From positions 17,894 through 81,893 of the forward strand of contig JAVBQF010000020.1 in NCBI GenBank assembly GCA_031549195.1: a stretch of DNA of 64,000 bases. The letters run 5' to 3'. The position numbers were made by a program, and so were the translations under genes. The stretch is from Bacilli bacterium (GTDB taxonomy: Bacteria > Bacillota_I > Bacilli_A > RF39 > UBA660). This document shows, one piece after another, positions 37,514 through 48,175 of this stretch (the first letter of the stretch is position 1; each line of letters starts with the position of its first letter). Below the pieces are notes generated by a model. It made no database searches. It was not told where the DNA came from and saw only the letters and a program-made list of their open reading frames with translations.

Positions 37514-38143
37514 TTATATTCTTAGAAAGGCTAATACTATAAATATTATTCCACCAATCCAAGACAGATTAATACTTAATGATTGGGCTACCTTAGTTCC
37601 AAGATATTCTCCAATTATAATTAGTAAAAAACCTACTATTAATGAACATACTAACACCTCTATATATCTTATATCAGCACATCCAATTCCAAACCCTACT
37701 ATCAGACTATCAAGAGATAATGCTGTCGCTAAGTATGTAGCCTCTTTTACAGAAAGCTCTTTAGATAAATCTTTGTCAGCCTCTATAGTATTGACATATA
37801 TGTTTAATAAGAAATTAGTATTTAATAATGAAAATTTACATTTTCTTAATTGTCTTTTGATATATGTTTTAAATGCACTATCAAATACTTTTACAATTCC
37901 AATTGTAAATAGTATACAAAAAGTTATTATTCTTGTAACTGTAGTATTAATATATGAATTGAACATACTTCCAAAGAGCATAGATATAAATAAAAAAAGT
38001 GTAGATATTGTGGTTATAACAATAATAGATAGTGTTGACATTTTTATTTTGCTAGTACCATAGGCAAACCCTGATAGTAATGAATCTATTGAAAGTGCAA
38101 ACACTAGCATTAAAGATTCAATAATTCTATACAAGAAAGGCAT
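37514..38143 (-). CDS. mntP: MntP family putative manganese efflux pump
   Basis: Two DUF204-like repeats (LVFALSIDSLLSGFAYG ... ALSLDSLIVGFGIG). GGGGAG RBS before the ATG at 38141-38143; the track start at 38170 is upstream. Confidence 0.65.
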   Translation of the reverse strand: MPFLYRIIESLMLVFALSIDSLLSGFAYGTSKIKMSTLSIIVITTISTLFLFISMLFGSMFNSYINTTVTRIITFCILFTIGIVKVFDSAFKTYIKRQLRKCKFSLLNTNFLLNIYVNTIEADKDLSKELSVKEATYLATALSLDSLIVGFGIGCADIRYIEVLVCSLIVGFLLIIIGEYLGTKVAQSLSINLSWIGGIIFIVLAFLRI

Positions 38144-38212
38144 TTTATCTCCCCTTTTTATTGTATACATGTGTAATAATTTGTTCCAATGAAAAAGCCT
38201 ATTTCTAGGCTT

Positions 38213-41200
38213 TTATTCTGCTTTATTCTTCTCTGATAAACTTTGATAGTATTCAAACCTTCCAATTGCTTCTTCTTTGTTTCTTTCTAATAATTCATCA
38301 TACTTTTCTGGGTTAACCTTTTGTAATGATGTATATCTTGTTTCATTCTTTAAGAAGTCCATATATTCATCAAAGTTAGCTTTACTGTCCATAGAGAACA
38401 CTTTAGTTTCTGGATTATATCTAAATATTGGGAAATAACCTGTCTCAGTCGCTTTTTTCTCTTCCTCAATACTATTAATCATTCCGCCTTTAATTCCTTG
38501 TGCAATACATGGTGCATAAGCAATTATGATAGATGGTCCATTGTAAGCTTTAGCTTCATTAAATGCTTTAATTGTTTGTTGCATATTAGCACCTAATGAT
38601 ACAGTTGCAACATATACATGTGGATAAGTAAGTGCTATTTTAGCAAGATCCTTCTTGCCATTTTCTTTACCATTTGCAGTAAATTTAGCAACACTACCAA
38701 TCTTACTCGATTTAGACGATTGACCACCTGTATTTGAGTAAACTTCTGTATCCAGAACTAATATGTTAACATTTTCTCTTGTAGATAATACATGGTCAAG
38801 TCCATTATATCCAATGTCATATGCCCATCCATCTCCACCAATAATCCATATTGATTTTGATTTAATAAATTCTTTCAATGGTTCAAGTTCTTTAATACCT
38901 AGTTTACTTACTGCTTCATATAGAAGGATACTATTTTCATAGTTTGTATGTTTATAGTAGTTTGCTACAACATCTTTATAAGCTTCAGGTACTTTTGCTA
39001 AATTTTTATAAAGAATATTCTTAATTTTTTCTTTATGAAATTCATCTGCTACTTGCATACCAAATCCAAATTCTGCGTTATCTTCAAATAATGAGTTTGC
39101 CCATGGTATTGAGTAAGATGTTCCTGGAATACTTCCACCATAGATTGATGAGCATCCAGTGGCATTACTAATAACCATTTCATTACCAAATAATTGAGTT
39201 AATAGTTTTAAGTATGGAGTTTCTCCACAACCTGCGCAAGCCCCGTGGAACTCAAATCTTGGTTTTGAGAATTGGCTTCCTTTAATAGTTGCTAAATTCA
39301 ATGGAGTTTTCTCAGTTACTTTATCAAATAAATATTCATTCTTTTCTATATTTTCTTCTGTTCTTAGATTTTCAACAGGTTCCATTGTAAGAGCTTTTTC
39401 TCCCTTGCGTCCTGGGCATACCTTTGAACATAATCCACAACCGGTACAATCGTCTAGACTAATACCAATTGCAAATTTTAATTCTTGATCTTTAATCATT
39501 GCTGGTTGCAAATCTTTCTTGACAGATTCAGGTGCTTTCTTCTCTTCTGATTCATTAAGTAAGAATGGCCTCACTACTGCATGTGGACATACAAGTGCAC
39601 ATTGATTACACATAATGCAATTATCTTTATTGTAACAAGGTAAAAACTCGTTAATACCTCTTTTTTCAAGTTTAGATAATCCGCCTTCAAACGAACCATC
39701 AATAAACTTTTCAAGTTCAGATACAGATAATGTATTTCCCTCTTTAGCACCAAGTACATCAAATACATTTCTACTTTCAGTTACTTTTTCTTCCTTAACC
39801 TTTACTCCATCAAGTGATACAAGCTCAAGTGTATCTAACGCTTTATCTATTGCATCATTATTTTTCTTAATTATTTCTGGTCCCTTATTAGTAAACAATA
39901 CTTCAAGTGACTTTCTTATTTCTCCAACAGCAAAGTTAAAATCTATAATTTTTCCTACTTTAAATATTACTGTTCCCATAATTGTATTAATCTTATTGCC
40001 AAGACCAACACTTTCACTTATCCCATTAGCACTAACCTTGTAGAATTTAATATTCCTGTCTTTTAATATCTTCTTGTCGTGATCTGTCATGTATTCAAAT
40101 AATTCTTCTGTTGTTTTTCCAGTATTAAGTACAAATGTACCTTCTTCCTGAATGTCATCTAACATTTTATATTTTTTTAAATAGGTATCTTTTGTACATA
40201 CTACTAATTCTGGACTTTCAACATAGTAAGTTGCTCTAATTGGATCTTTACCAAATCTTAAGTGACATTTGGTAACTCCCCCAGATTTTTTAGAATCATA
40301 TTCAAAATATCCTTGTGTATATGCTTCTGTACTAGTACCAATAATCTTAATAATATCTTTTGATACTGATACCATTCCATCACTACCAAAACCATAAATA
40401 AGCATTTCATGATTTTTCTTTGGCATATCCATATGTATTTCTTTTAAACTTAAGTTAGTGACATCATCATTAATACCAATTGTAAATCCATTAAAATTAT
40501 TCTTGTCATCTAAGAAGTCATATACTGCTTTAATTTGGTATGGAGTTGTATTCTTACTAGATAATCCATATCTACCACCAATTACTTTAATTTTAGAATC
40601 ATAATTGCTAATTACTTCAGCAACATCCAAATATAAAGGTTCATGAGCACCTGATTCTTTTGTTCTATCAAGTACTGCGATATTTTTAACAGTCTTTGGC
40701 AATACATTTAATAGATATTTTGGACTAAATGGTCTATACAAGTGTACTTCAATAAGTCCAACTTTCTCTCCATTAGCTATCATTACATCTATTGTTTCTT
40801 TTATTGCTTCACAAACCGATCCCATTGCAACTATTACTTTAGTAGCATCTTTACTACCATAATAATTAAATGGTTTATAATCTCTTCCAGTTACCTTTTT
40901 CATTTGTTCCATATATTCATTTACAATATCAGGAAGTGCATCATAATATTTATTTCTTGCTTCTGCTATTTGAAAGTAAATATCATCATTTTGATTTGTT
41001 CCTCTTGTTGCAATATTATTACTTAAAGCTTTTTTTCTGAATTCTTCTAATTTTTTCTTATCAATTAAAGGTTTTACTTTATCCATGTCAAGTAATTCAA
41101 TCTTTTGAAGTTCATGTGATGTTCTAAATCCATCAAAGAAGTTTACAAAAGGAATCGATCCCTTTAATGATGATAGATACGCTACTGATGTTAAATCCAT

Positions 41201-41641
41201 TACCTGTTGTACTGATGAACTTGCTAAAAAGGCAAAGCCTGTTGCTCTTGTCGAATAAATATCCTGATGATCTCCTAAAATTGATAATGCATGTGTTGCT
41301 AGAGCTCTAGCTGATACATTTATAACGCAAGGTAGCATTTCTCCTGCTATCTTGTACATATTAGGTATCATTAATAGTAACCCTTGGCTAGCTGTATAAG
41401 TTGTTGCTATAGTACCATTTTGAAGGGCACCATGACACATTGCCACAGCTCCTGCTTCTGATTCCATTTCGACTACTTTTACTTTATCCCCAAAGAAGTT
41501 TACTTTTCCTTCTGCAGACCACTTATCAGTATACTCAGCCATTGGAGACGCTGGAGTAATTGGATAAATTCCTGCTATTTCGCTAAAGTTATACGCTACA
41601 TAACTACAAGCTTCATTTCCGTCCATTATTTTGTATTTCAT
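38213..41641 (-). CDS. nifJ: pyruvate:ferredoxin (flavodoxin) oxidoreductase
   Basis: About 1170 aa. Two 4Fe-4S CxxCxxCxxxCP motifs (CIMCNQCALVCP, CTGCGLCSKVCP), a TPP-binding GGDGW..D region and an N-terminal MDGNEA...YPITP. GGAGGG RBS before the ATG at 41641. Confidence 0.9.
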   Translation of the reverse strand: MKYKIMDGNEACSYVAYNFSEIAGIYPITPASPMAEYTDKWSAEGKVNFFGDKVKVVEMESEAGAVAMCHGALQNGTIATTYTASQGLLLMIPNMYKIAGEMLPCVINVSARALATHALSILGDHQDIYSTRATGFAFLASSSVQQVMDLTSVAYLSSLKGSIPFVNFFDGFRTSHELQKIELLDMDKVKPLIDKKKLEEFRKKALSNNIATRGTNQNDDIYFQIAEARNKYYDALPDIVNEYMEQMKKVTGRDYKPFNYYGSKDATKVIVAMGSVCEAIKETIDVMIANGEKVGLIEVHLYRPFSPKYLLNVLPKTVKNIAVLDRTKESGAHEPLYLDVAEVISNYDSKIKVIGGRYGLSSKNTTPYQIKAVYDFLDDKNNFNGFTIGINDDVTNLSLKEIHMDMPKKNHEMLIYGFGSDGMVSVSKDIIKIIGTSTEAYTQGYFEYDSKKSGGVTKCHLRFGKDPIRATYYVESPELVVCTKDTYLKKYKMLDDIQEEGTFVLNTGKTTEELFEYMTDHDKKILKDRNIKFYKVSANGISESVGLGNKINTIMGTVIFKVGKIIDFNFAVGEIRKSLEVLFTNKGPEIIKKNNDAIDKALDTLELVSLDGVKVKEEKVTESRNVFDVLGAKEGNTLSVSELEKFIDGSFEGGLSKLEKRGINEFLPCYNKDNCIMCNQCALVCPHAVVRPFLLNESEEKKAPESVKKDLQPAMIKDQELKFAIGISLDDCTGCGLCSKVCPGRKGEKALTMEPVENLRTEENIEKNEYLFDKVTEKTPLNLATIKGSQFSKPRFEFHGACAGCGETPYLKLLTQLFGNEMVISNATGCSSIYGGSIPGTSYSIPWANSLFEDNAEFGFGMQVADEFHKEKIKNILYKNLAKVPEAYKDVVANYYKHTNYENSILLYEAVSKLGIKELEPLKEFIKSKSIWIIGGDGWAYDIGYNGLDHVLSTRENVNILVLDTEVYSNTGGQSSKSSKIGSVAKFTANGKENGKKDLAKIALTYPHVYVATVSLGANMQQTIKAFNEAKAYNGPSIIIAYAPCIAQGIKGGMINSIEEEKKATETGYFPIFRYNPETKVFSMDSKANFDEYMDFLKNETRYTSLQKVNPEKYDELLERNKEEAIGRFEYYQSLSEKNKAE

Positions 41642-41749
41642 TATACCCTCCGTTTTAATTGTTGACTCTTTAATTATATAATAAATACTAGGGTTTGTGA
41701 ACATAAATATAAACAAAAAAGCGATATTTAATCGCTTTACCATATTTAA

Positions 41750-43045
41750 TTATTCTACAAGTATCCAAGCATTTGGTATCGGTCTGTCTTTTGCTTGAAA
41801 ATTACCATTTCTTGGATTTGTTATTATTTTATTATTTAAAGTCATAACAGATGATGTACCACCATCAAGATTAGATGCATTATATGCTCCATAATCCAGT
41901 AGCACATCTACTAAATCATTCATATCAGCACCAATACTTCCAGCTTGTCTACCATCAATTACAAGAAATAATACAATTCCATCTTTTCTTTGAGCAATAG
42001 CGCTTCTTGGAGCTTGACCCCATCCGCCATTACCTTTAACAAAAGATGCCTCTCCGTTAACTATTAAGAACGGACCAAATTCAACACAATCTCTAATTCC
42101 AGAATTTAATGCTTGTTGTGCACTTATTCTTGCAAGTACTAATTTGTTTTCGCTATTAAATCCAATAACCCCACCAACACTTAATGGTTTAGAATTATTT
42201 GCAATTAATTTACCATTTGCTATAACAATACCATGTGGTACTCCACCAGTACTGTTCCAGTCTGGATCATAGAATCCGCCACCATTCATAGCAATAATAG
42301 CTTTGTTATTTTTAGAAATAGTTTCTATATATTGACCATACGAATTACTAAGAGTTGTACCTACTCCTTGTGAATTAGCTACCTTTACTTTTGATGCGTC
42401 ATATATAACTGCTAATTTACCTTTAAAACTCGGTCTAACAATGTCTATTATTTTATATAAATTGTTATCTTTATCTTTTGTTAATATTTCTTCTTCATAT
42501 TTATTTTCAAATGTTGTTCTATTGAAGTCTGGCTCTGTGATTACTATTAAATCAGGATTAGAATCTTCTCCTGATTCTATAACTTGGTTATTTTCCTGAA
42601 CAATTTCTATTGTATAGTCATCATAAAACCATGTAGCAAAATATTGATGATTCATAGTTGTCATAGCAGTTGTTATTAACCAGTCCTTAAATCCAATTGA
42701 AGGAACATATAATACTGTGACAACAGTCACAGCACCACCAATATATATAGTTGCTAAAAAACCTATAAGGATTCTAAATCCCAATTTTAGCTTCCTTCCA
42801 GTTGGTTTTCTATCTTTAATAACAAATATTATACCTGTTATTAAAAGTAGAAATGAAAAGACCGCTATTATTAATAAAGGTATTGATAAAACCTCATTAA
42901 TAAGTTTATTGCTATTAACTGATACAATAAATAATGATCCTAAAAGAGGAAAAAGCAATATACCAATAGTTATAAATCTTTTACCTAATTTATTCTTAGT
43001 AATAGGAGTTTTCTCTTTTTTTGGCTTATTTTCATTATCTGACAT
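41750..43045 (-). CDS. phosphodiester glycosidase (NAGPA/DUF2233) family membrane-anchored protein
   Basis: N-terminal TM helices. C-terminal FGPFLIVNG...WGQAPRSAI...DGGTSS region typical of the family. Confidence 0.55.
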   Translation of the reverse strand: MSDNENKPKKEKTPITKNKLGKRFITIGILLFPLLGSLFIVSVNSNKLINEVLSIPLLIIAVFSFLLLITGIIFVIKDRKPTGRKLKLGFRILIGFLATIYIGGAVTVVTVLYVPSIGFKDWLITTAMTTMNHQYFATWFYDDYTIEIVQENNQVIESGEDSNPDLIVITEPDFNRTTFENKYEEEILTKDKDNNLYKIIDIVRPSFKGKLAVIYDASKVKVANSQGVGTTLSNSYGQYIETISKNNKAIIAMNGGGFYDPDWNSTGGVPHGIVIANGKLIANNSKPLSVGGVIGFNSENKLVLARISAQQALNSGIRDCVEFGPFLIVNGEASFVKGNGGWGQAPRSAIAQRKDGIVLFLVIDGRQAGSIGADMNDLVDVLLDYGAYNASNLDGGTSSVMTLNNKIITNPRNGNFQAKDRPIPNAWILVE

Positions 43046-43053
43046 AATTCCTC

Positions 43054-43698
43054 CTATTCTTCCATTAATCCTGTAAAGGTTCCATCTTTATTTACATCAA
43101 TATATTCTTTGAATATTTTAGGAACAAATTTCTCAAGTGGTTTATATTCCTCTTTCTCATGTTCAACTATCCATTCATTATACTCTTCTATTTTATTATT
43201 CAATACTTTAACATCTTGAACGAAACCATTTATTGCACTTTCATAGTTAAGCATAAATGTTTTACACTTTAACATTGTGGCATTTTTATCATATACTCTA
43301 TCAATACATTTATCCTTTAAAAAATCTGATAGTGTATCTATGTCTTTTACAAACGTCTCATGTCCTTCAAACACCTTTGTTATATTCTCATACTCATTAG
43401 GCATTTCTTGAAAATAAGTTATAAACTTATAAAGTCCCTCGTAAACTGTTTGTTTTTCTTCTTCAAGTGTATTTATTTTTTCTTGAAATCTATTATAATT
43501 ATTATCTATTAAAGCGTACAAGTTTTTTTCTGATTCAATACTTACTTGTCTATTATTTTTATAATGACCTACTAAATAGAATATCCCCCCACTAATTAAT
43601 AGTGTTATTCCTACTAATATAAGCATTAAAATTATCATTTGCTTTTTCATGTTCTCACCTACTTTAAATAATATATCATTTTTTGTCGCATTCTTCAA
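43054..43698 (-). CDS. hypothetical membrane-anchored protein
   Basis: One N-terminal TM followed by a ~170-aa charged/coiled domain. Confidence 0.4.
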   Translation of the reverse strand: MKNATKNDILFKVGENMKKQMIILMLILVGITLLISGGIFYLVGHYKNNRQVSIESEKNLYALIDNNYNRFQEKINTLEEEKQTVYEGLYKFITYFQEMPNEYENITKVFEGHETFVKDIDTLSDFLKDKCIDRVYDKNATMLKCKTFMLNYESAINGFVQDVKVLNNKIEEYNEWIVEHEKEEYKPLEKFVPKIFKEYIDVNKDGTFTGLMEE

Positions 43699-43699
43699 C

Positions 43700-43735
43700 C
43701 TAGAAATTAAAAAGATTATATTATTAATATAATCT
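43700..43735 (-). terminator. intrinsic terminator after the oapA-like gene
   Basis: Minus strand AAGATTATATTA-ATA-ATATAATCTT followed by TTTTAATTT. Confidence 0.5.
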
Positions 43736-44289
43736 TATTTACTATAAAATATTGATAATACTTTTGAAAACTTAAAAAGTATTTGATTACTTCTGCTAAT
43801 TGCAAAGCTTTTACCAATTGCTTTACCACCAATAGTGAGTGCTGCAATAATAGCAGTTACTAATAAACTGACTAAAAGGACATTTAATGATAATTTTTTT
43901 GATATTTGCAGCGCTATAGATATACCCGTTGAACCACTTATTATTCCACATATATCACCTATAACATCATTACAAAAACTCGACACTTTTGATGCGTTCT
44001 TAATTAAATTTAGTGCAAGATATGATCCTTTTACTTTTTTAGAGGACATAGCATGAAATCCTTTAGGGTCACATACTGTTACTGCAATTCCAACAATATC
44101 AAATAAAATACCTAATCCAATAAATATAAAGACTAATAACAAGCTTATAACCATCGGTGCGTTTGGTACTACAGTCTCACCTATAAACGAAAATATTAGT
44201 GATATTAAAAAGGCTGATACTGTAACAATAAGTATCCATTTATAATCTATTAATTTCTTCTTTTCTTTTTTTTTAATTATTTTTTTCAT
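43735..44289 (-). CDS. small 4-TM membrane protein, OapA-like (OLE-associated protein A candidate)
   Basis: 184 aa (~20 kDa), Lys-rich N-terminus and four TM helices with intramembrane Asp (GILFDIVGIAV, IGDICGIISGS). Directly downstream of, and co-oriented with, the large structured non-coding region. Confidence 0.5.
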   Translation of the reverse strand: MKKIIKKKEKKKLIDYKWILIVTVSAFLISLIFSFIGETVVPNAPMVISLLLVFIFIGLGILFDIVGIAVTVCDPKGFHAMSSKKVKGSYLALNLIKNASKVSSFCNDVIGDICGIISGSTGISIALQISKKLSLNVLLVSLLVTAIIAALTIGGKAIGKSFAISRSNQILFKFSKVLSIFYSK

Positions 44290-44299
44290 ATATTACCTC

Positions 44300-44878
44300 A
44301 AACAAAAATGAAATGGCTATTACCAAAGTAAATATTGCGTCTTTAGGTCAAGTAGGCTTTCCCTTAATCTTACTATTCATTACTGATATAGCAGTTCCCT
44401 TTTAAAAGATTAAATAGCATGTTTCCAATACTATGACTTGACTGCCGTTTAGTACGCACTGCAATCCTTTGATAATTTGCACTCTAGGAGTTTTCCTCAA
44501 GCAGTACTCTCTATTACTAGACTTTTTTGCAACAATAGTTTCAAGTAGCAATACTTATTATAGGATGTACACCCAATAGTAAGCTGTCTCTATTCCCTAT
44601 TGTCACTCAAGCCAAGCTACTCTATCCATAGCTATTAACCACGTGATAGGTTTAATCCTAAGTCATAATAGTTCCTTTAGGTTGTATTACAAGTTTAGGT
44701 CTCCGCGAACAAATGGGTCGGGGCCGTATGCCATTACGGTCGCCCATAAATTCTACAAATCCAGCACTCACCCCAAACTGGGCGTAAGAAGCAAGCACCA
44801 GACGTTTCATAGGTATGCTCTTTAACGGTATTTTACCCTCGTCTTCATAATAATGTACCGACTAGAATAGTGTGCCAT
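44300..44878 (-). ncRNA. large structured non-coding RNA, candidate OLE RNA
   Basis: About 580 nt with no ORF. Visibly GC-enriched compared with its flanks. Own promoter (TTGATT-17-TATAAT with a TG extension at ~44883-44911, minus strand). Followed by an OapA-like 4-TM gene and a shared terminator. Confidence 0.5.
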
Positions 44879-44914
44879 TTCGATTATAAATTATAGCATA
44901 CTTTTTTTATTTAA

Positions 44915-45562
44915 TCAATTTCCCTTGTATTCTTTGTATCCCATATAAATAATCCATACATAACAGATAGTCTTTGGAAGCATAAACATTCCAATGATAG
45001 AATAAGTGTCAGCAAATAATACCACTGCTATATAGAATAGAAATGATAGTAATATTGCTAAGTACATGTTCTTGAAATATTCATCTTTCCTTCCTTCTTT
45101 AAAGAAAAGATAGATAATAACTACTCCTAATATGACAAATGGTATATTTCTATATATTCCCCATTCATATGGTGCATTATAATTAAACCAGTCATTAAAA
45201 GGTAATAAGCATAAAATAATTCTTATAATTGCCAATGCATATACAAAACAGTCTAAATACGTATTCTTTTCTATTTTAAAATGCTTTTTCCATATTTCAT
45301 ATAAAATACAATAAAATATTGTCATCGTTATAGATGTTATTAGTTTACCTAATCCAAGTGCAAATGCATGATTTTCTAGCCCATCTGTTAGTAGAGCATA
45401 TGATCTTGGAATAAGATGGAATGAATCCCCAATTCCTAATAATAGTGTCATAATTCCAAATAACTTAAAATACTTGTTTTTACTTTTAATCATGATAGCA
45501 CCAAGTATTAACACTGTTAAAAGATACCATATATCAAATATAGTTTCCATAATTCCTTGCAT
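44915..45562 (-). CDS. polytopic membrane protein of unknown function
   Basis: Six or seven hydrophobic helices. Confidence 0.4.
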   Translation of the reverse strand: MQGIMETIFDIWYLLTVLILGAIMIKSKNKYFKLFGIMTLLLGIGDSFHLIPRSYALLTDGLENHAFALGLGKLITSITMTIFYCILYEIWKKHFKIEKNTYLDCFVYALAIIRIILCLLPFNDWFNYNAPYEWGIYRNIPFVILGVVIIYLFFKEGRKDEYFKNMYLAILLSFLFYIAVVLFADTYSIIGMFMLPKTICYVWIIYMGYKEYKGN

Positions 45563-45564
45563 CT

Positions 45565-45984
45565 TTATTCACCAACTACTTTTCTTGCAAACTTTTTCGC
45601 AGCATTTAAATCTTCTTCATTTGGTCTACCTTTATTTGTAAATTTATATTCCCCTTTTGAATAGAAATGTTCTTCCAAAACCTCTATTCCTTTTGCTTTT
45701 AAACGTTTCCTCATTTCCTTATGAACACCCTTCATTATTGCAGAAGTAGTAAATAATGCTACTTTCTTTACATTCTCAAGGTTACTAATAAACTTTTTTA
45801 ATTCTTCATCAATCATGAATCCATAATATGCCCCACCTAAAAACAGTAAATCTGTGTCTTCTTTGACACTTTCTTTAATGGTCTTAGGCTCAATTCCTAA
45901 TTCACTACCTATTGCTTTCGCTATCTTTTCTGTATTACCTGTTTTTGATAAATACCTAATTTCTATTTTCATATTTTCACCCAC
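45565..45984 (-). CDS. flavodoxin-like protein
   Basis: KIEIRYLSKTGNTEKIAKAI is a flavodoxin FMN-binding loop (T/SxTGxT). The real start may be the ATG at 45970-45972. Confidence 0.6.
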   Translation of the reverse strand: MGENMKIEIRYLSKTGNTEKIAKAIGSELGIEPKTIKESVKEDTDLLFLGGAYYGFMIDEELKKFISNLENVKKVALFTTSAIMKGVHKEMRKRLKAKGIEVLEEHFYSKGEYKFTNKGRPNEEDLNAAKKFARKVVGE

Positions 45985-46417
45985 TTAATTATACCACAAA
46001 AAAGCGAGAAATATATATTCCCGCTATAATTGTTTGCAAGGTCTTATTAATGCATTTATTAGTAATCTTTATTTTCCATCATTTTAGAGTATTTAATTAA
46101 TAATATATTAAAATTATTCTTTCCAAGTAATGGCTGTGTATATAAAAACACCTTCTTATAATTAGTTATTATTAGTATTATAATCTCTCAAAATAGATTT
46201 AAATAAATACATTAATTTATAAATTAAATTACTCCTCCTTCCTATCTTAATAATATAAAAAGTATGCTTATAAAGCAATAAAATTCAACCACTATTTTTC
46301 TTGCTTTTACACTATTTGTCAAACAAGAAAAAGAGACATTATTGATTCTCTTTATGGTTCTAATAATTCTTTATACGGACATAAATATTTTAAGAAAAAA
46401 AGATATCATAAGATATC

Positions 46418-46780
46418 TTATCTAAATTGGCAACAAGATCCACATTGCACATTTGTTACTACGTTTTCTTCGCAACAAGTGTGGCAAGGTCTATATGTAT
46501 GTCTATATACATGATTATTTATTATTCTTGTTCTTTGTGGACATACGTGTGGAACTTCATGAAGAATTGTTCTATTGACTACTCTCTCTTGTGTAGGTTC
46601 AATGATTGGTTGAGCTACAGTACCCATCATAGGTTGCCCTCCCATCATTGGAGCTTGAGCTGGCATCATTGCCACACCTTCATTCATATTAACATCTACT
46701 GTCATGTTAATATCATTATCTCCTATAAAGTTTTGATTTATATCATTATCTCTATCACAACAAAATGGTTTTTTAAACAT
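46418..46780 (-). CDS. Cys/His/Pro-rich small protein, spore-coat-like
   Basis: CCDRDN... N-terminus, Met/Pro/Gln-rich middle and a C-terminal HVCPQ...HTYRPCHTCC...CGSCC. Resembles clostridial/bacillar coat proteins. Confidence 0.35.
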   Translation of the reverse strand: MFKKPFCCDRDNDINQNFIGDNDINMTVDVNMNEGVAMMPAQAPMMGGQPMMGTVAQPIIEPTQERVVNRTILHEVPHVCPQRTRIINNHVYRHTYRPCHTCCEENVVTNVQCGSCCQFR

Positions 46781-46863
46781 TGTTTTTCCTCCTATCTAGT
46801 CTATCATATTCTAGACAGATAAATAGGTCTATTTTAAAGGCCTAAGTGAAAAAAGAAAAATAC

Positions 46864-48171
46864 CTAGAAAGGCATTTTAAAATTTCCATTACTCATTTGT
46901 TTCATCATTTTTTTCATTTGCTCAAATTGAGTAAGCAATTTGTTTACTTCTTGAACAGAGAGACCACATCCAGATGCAATCCTTGTTTTTCTACTTGCTT
47001 TTATGATATCTGGATTTTTTCTTTCTTTTGGTGTCATAGAAAGTATAATTGCTTCAATATGTGAAAGTTGTTTAGGATCAATGTTAATATTATTAAGCCC
47101 CATTTTAGATGCTCCTGGTATTAGTTTTAATAAATTTTCTAATGGTCCTAATTTTCTTATTTGCTTCATCTGTGATAAAAAGTCTTCTAAGTCGAATTTA
47201 CCGCTTTGCATTTTCTTCGCTGCCTTTTCTGCTTCTTTTTGGTCTATTGCCTCAGTAGCTTTTTCAACTAATGAGATAATATCTCCCATCCCAAGAATTC
47301 TGCCTGCCATTCTTTCAGGATCAAATGAATCTATTCCATCCATCTTCTCTGAAGTACCAATGAATTTAATAGGCACACTGGTTAAATGACGAACTGATAA
47401 TGCAACTCCACCTCTTGTATCTCCATCAAGTTTAGTAAGTATTACACCAGTAAGTGGTAATTTGCTATTGAATCCTTCTATAACATTGATGGCATCCTGT
47501 CCCATCATAGCATCGATTACTAATAGTATTTCTTCTGGATTTACACTCGTTCTAATATTTTCAAGTTCTTCCATTAGATTATCATCTATATGAAGTCTAC
47601 CTGCTGTATCGATAATTACATAATTAAAACCGTTTTCTTTTGCATATTTGATACCATTGTTAGCTATATTAACTGGGTTGCCTTTTCCTTCATCATATAC
47701 GTCTATATTAAGTTGCTTTCCTAGTTGTTTAAGCTGATCAATAGCTGCCGGGCGATAAACATCACAAGCTATTAAAAGTGGCTTTTTAGCATTTTTCTTT
47801 CTAAGTAAATTTGAAAGTTTACCACATGCAGTAGTTTTACCACTACCTTGCAAGCCAACAAGCATGGTTACTGCTGGATTACCATTTAAATTAAGTGGTT
47901 TTGATTCACCGCCAAGCAATTCAGTTAATTCATCCTTTACAATCTTAACAAATAAATCACTAGGCTTAATACTATTTTTAACTTCTTCTCCTAATGCTTT
48001 TTCTTTAACCTTATTTGTAAATTCTTTTACTACTGTGTAGTTAACATCAGCCTCTAGCAATGCAAGACGTATTTCTCTTAACATTTCACTAATATTATCT
48101 TCTGTTATTTTTCCATATCCTTTTATTTTAGATATTGCACTTTGTAGTCTGTCGCCTAAACTTTCAAACAT
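46864..48171 (-). CDS. ffh: signal recognition particle protein Ffh
   Basis: N domain, NG GTPase (GLQGSGKTT, DTAGR, TKLDG) and a Met-rich M domain. Confidence 0.9.
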   Translation of the reverse strand: MFESLGDRLQSAISKIKGYGKITEDNISEMLREIRLALLEADVNYTVVKEFTNKVKEKALGEEVKNSIKPSDLFVKIVKDELTELLGGESKPLNLNGNPAVTMLVGLQGSGKTTACGKLSNLLRKKNAKKPLLIACDVYRPAAIDQLKQLGKQLNIDVYDEGKGNPVNIANNGIKYAKENGFNYVIIDTAGRLHIDDNLMEELENIRTSVNPEEILLVIDAMMGQDAINVIEGFNSKLPLTGVILTKLDGDTRGGVALSVRHLTSVPIKFIGTSEKMDGIDSFDPERMAGRILGMGDIISLVEKATEAIDQKEAEKAAKKMQSGKFDLEDFLSQMKQIRKLGPLENLLKLIPGASKMGLNNINIDPKQLSHIEAIILSMTPKERKNPDIIKASRKTRIASGCGLSVQEVNKLLTQFEQMKKMMKQMSNGNFKMPF

Positions 48172-48175
48172 TTTA

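Noticed and set aside
38171-38212. Mn-sensing yybP-ykoY riboswitch upstream of mntP.
   Set aside because: Only about 40 nt separate mntP from the PFOR gene stop. There is no room for the riboswitch. mntP appears to be co-transcribed with, or to read through from, the upstream gene.
44300-44900. Group II intron, RNase P RNA, tmRNA or SRP RNA as the identity of the large non-coding segment.
   Set aside because: No intron-encoded protein or recognisable domain V. No RNase P P4 GGAAAGUCC-type block. No tRNA-like tmRNA ends (GGGG...CCA with T-arm). No SRP domain IV GGAAGCAGC-type motif. Size and the downstream 4-TM gene fit OLE better.
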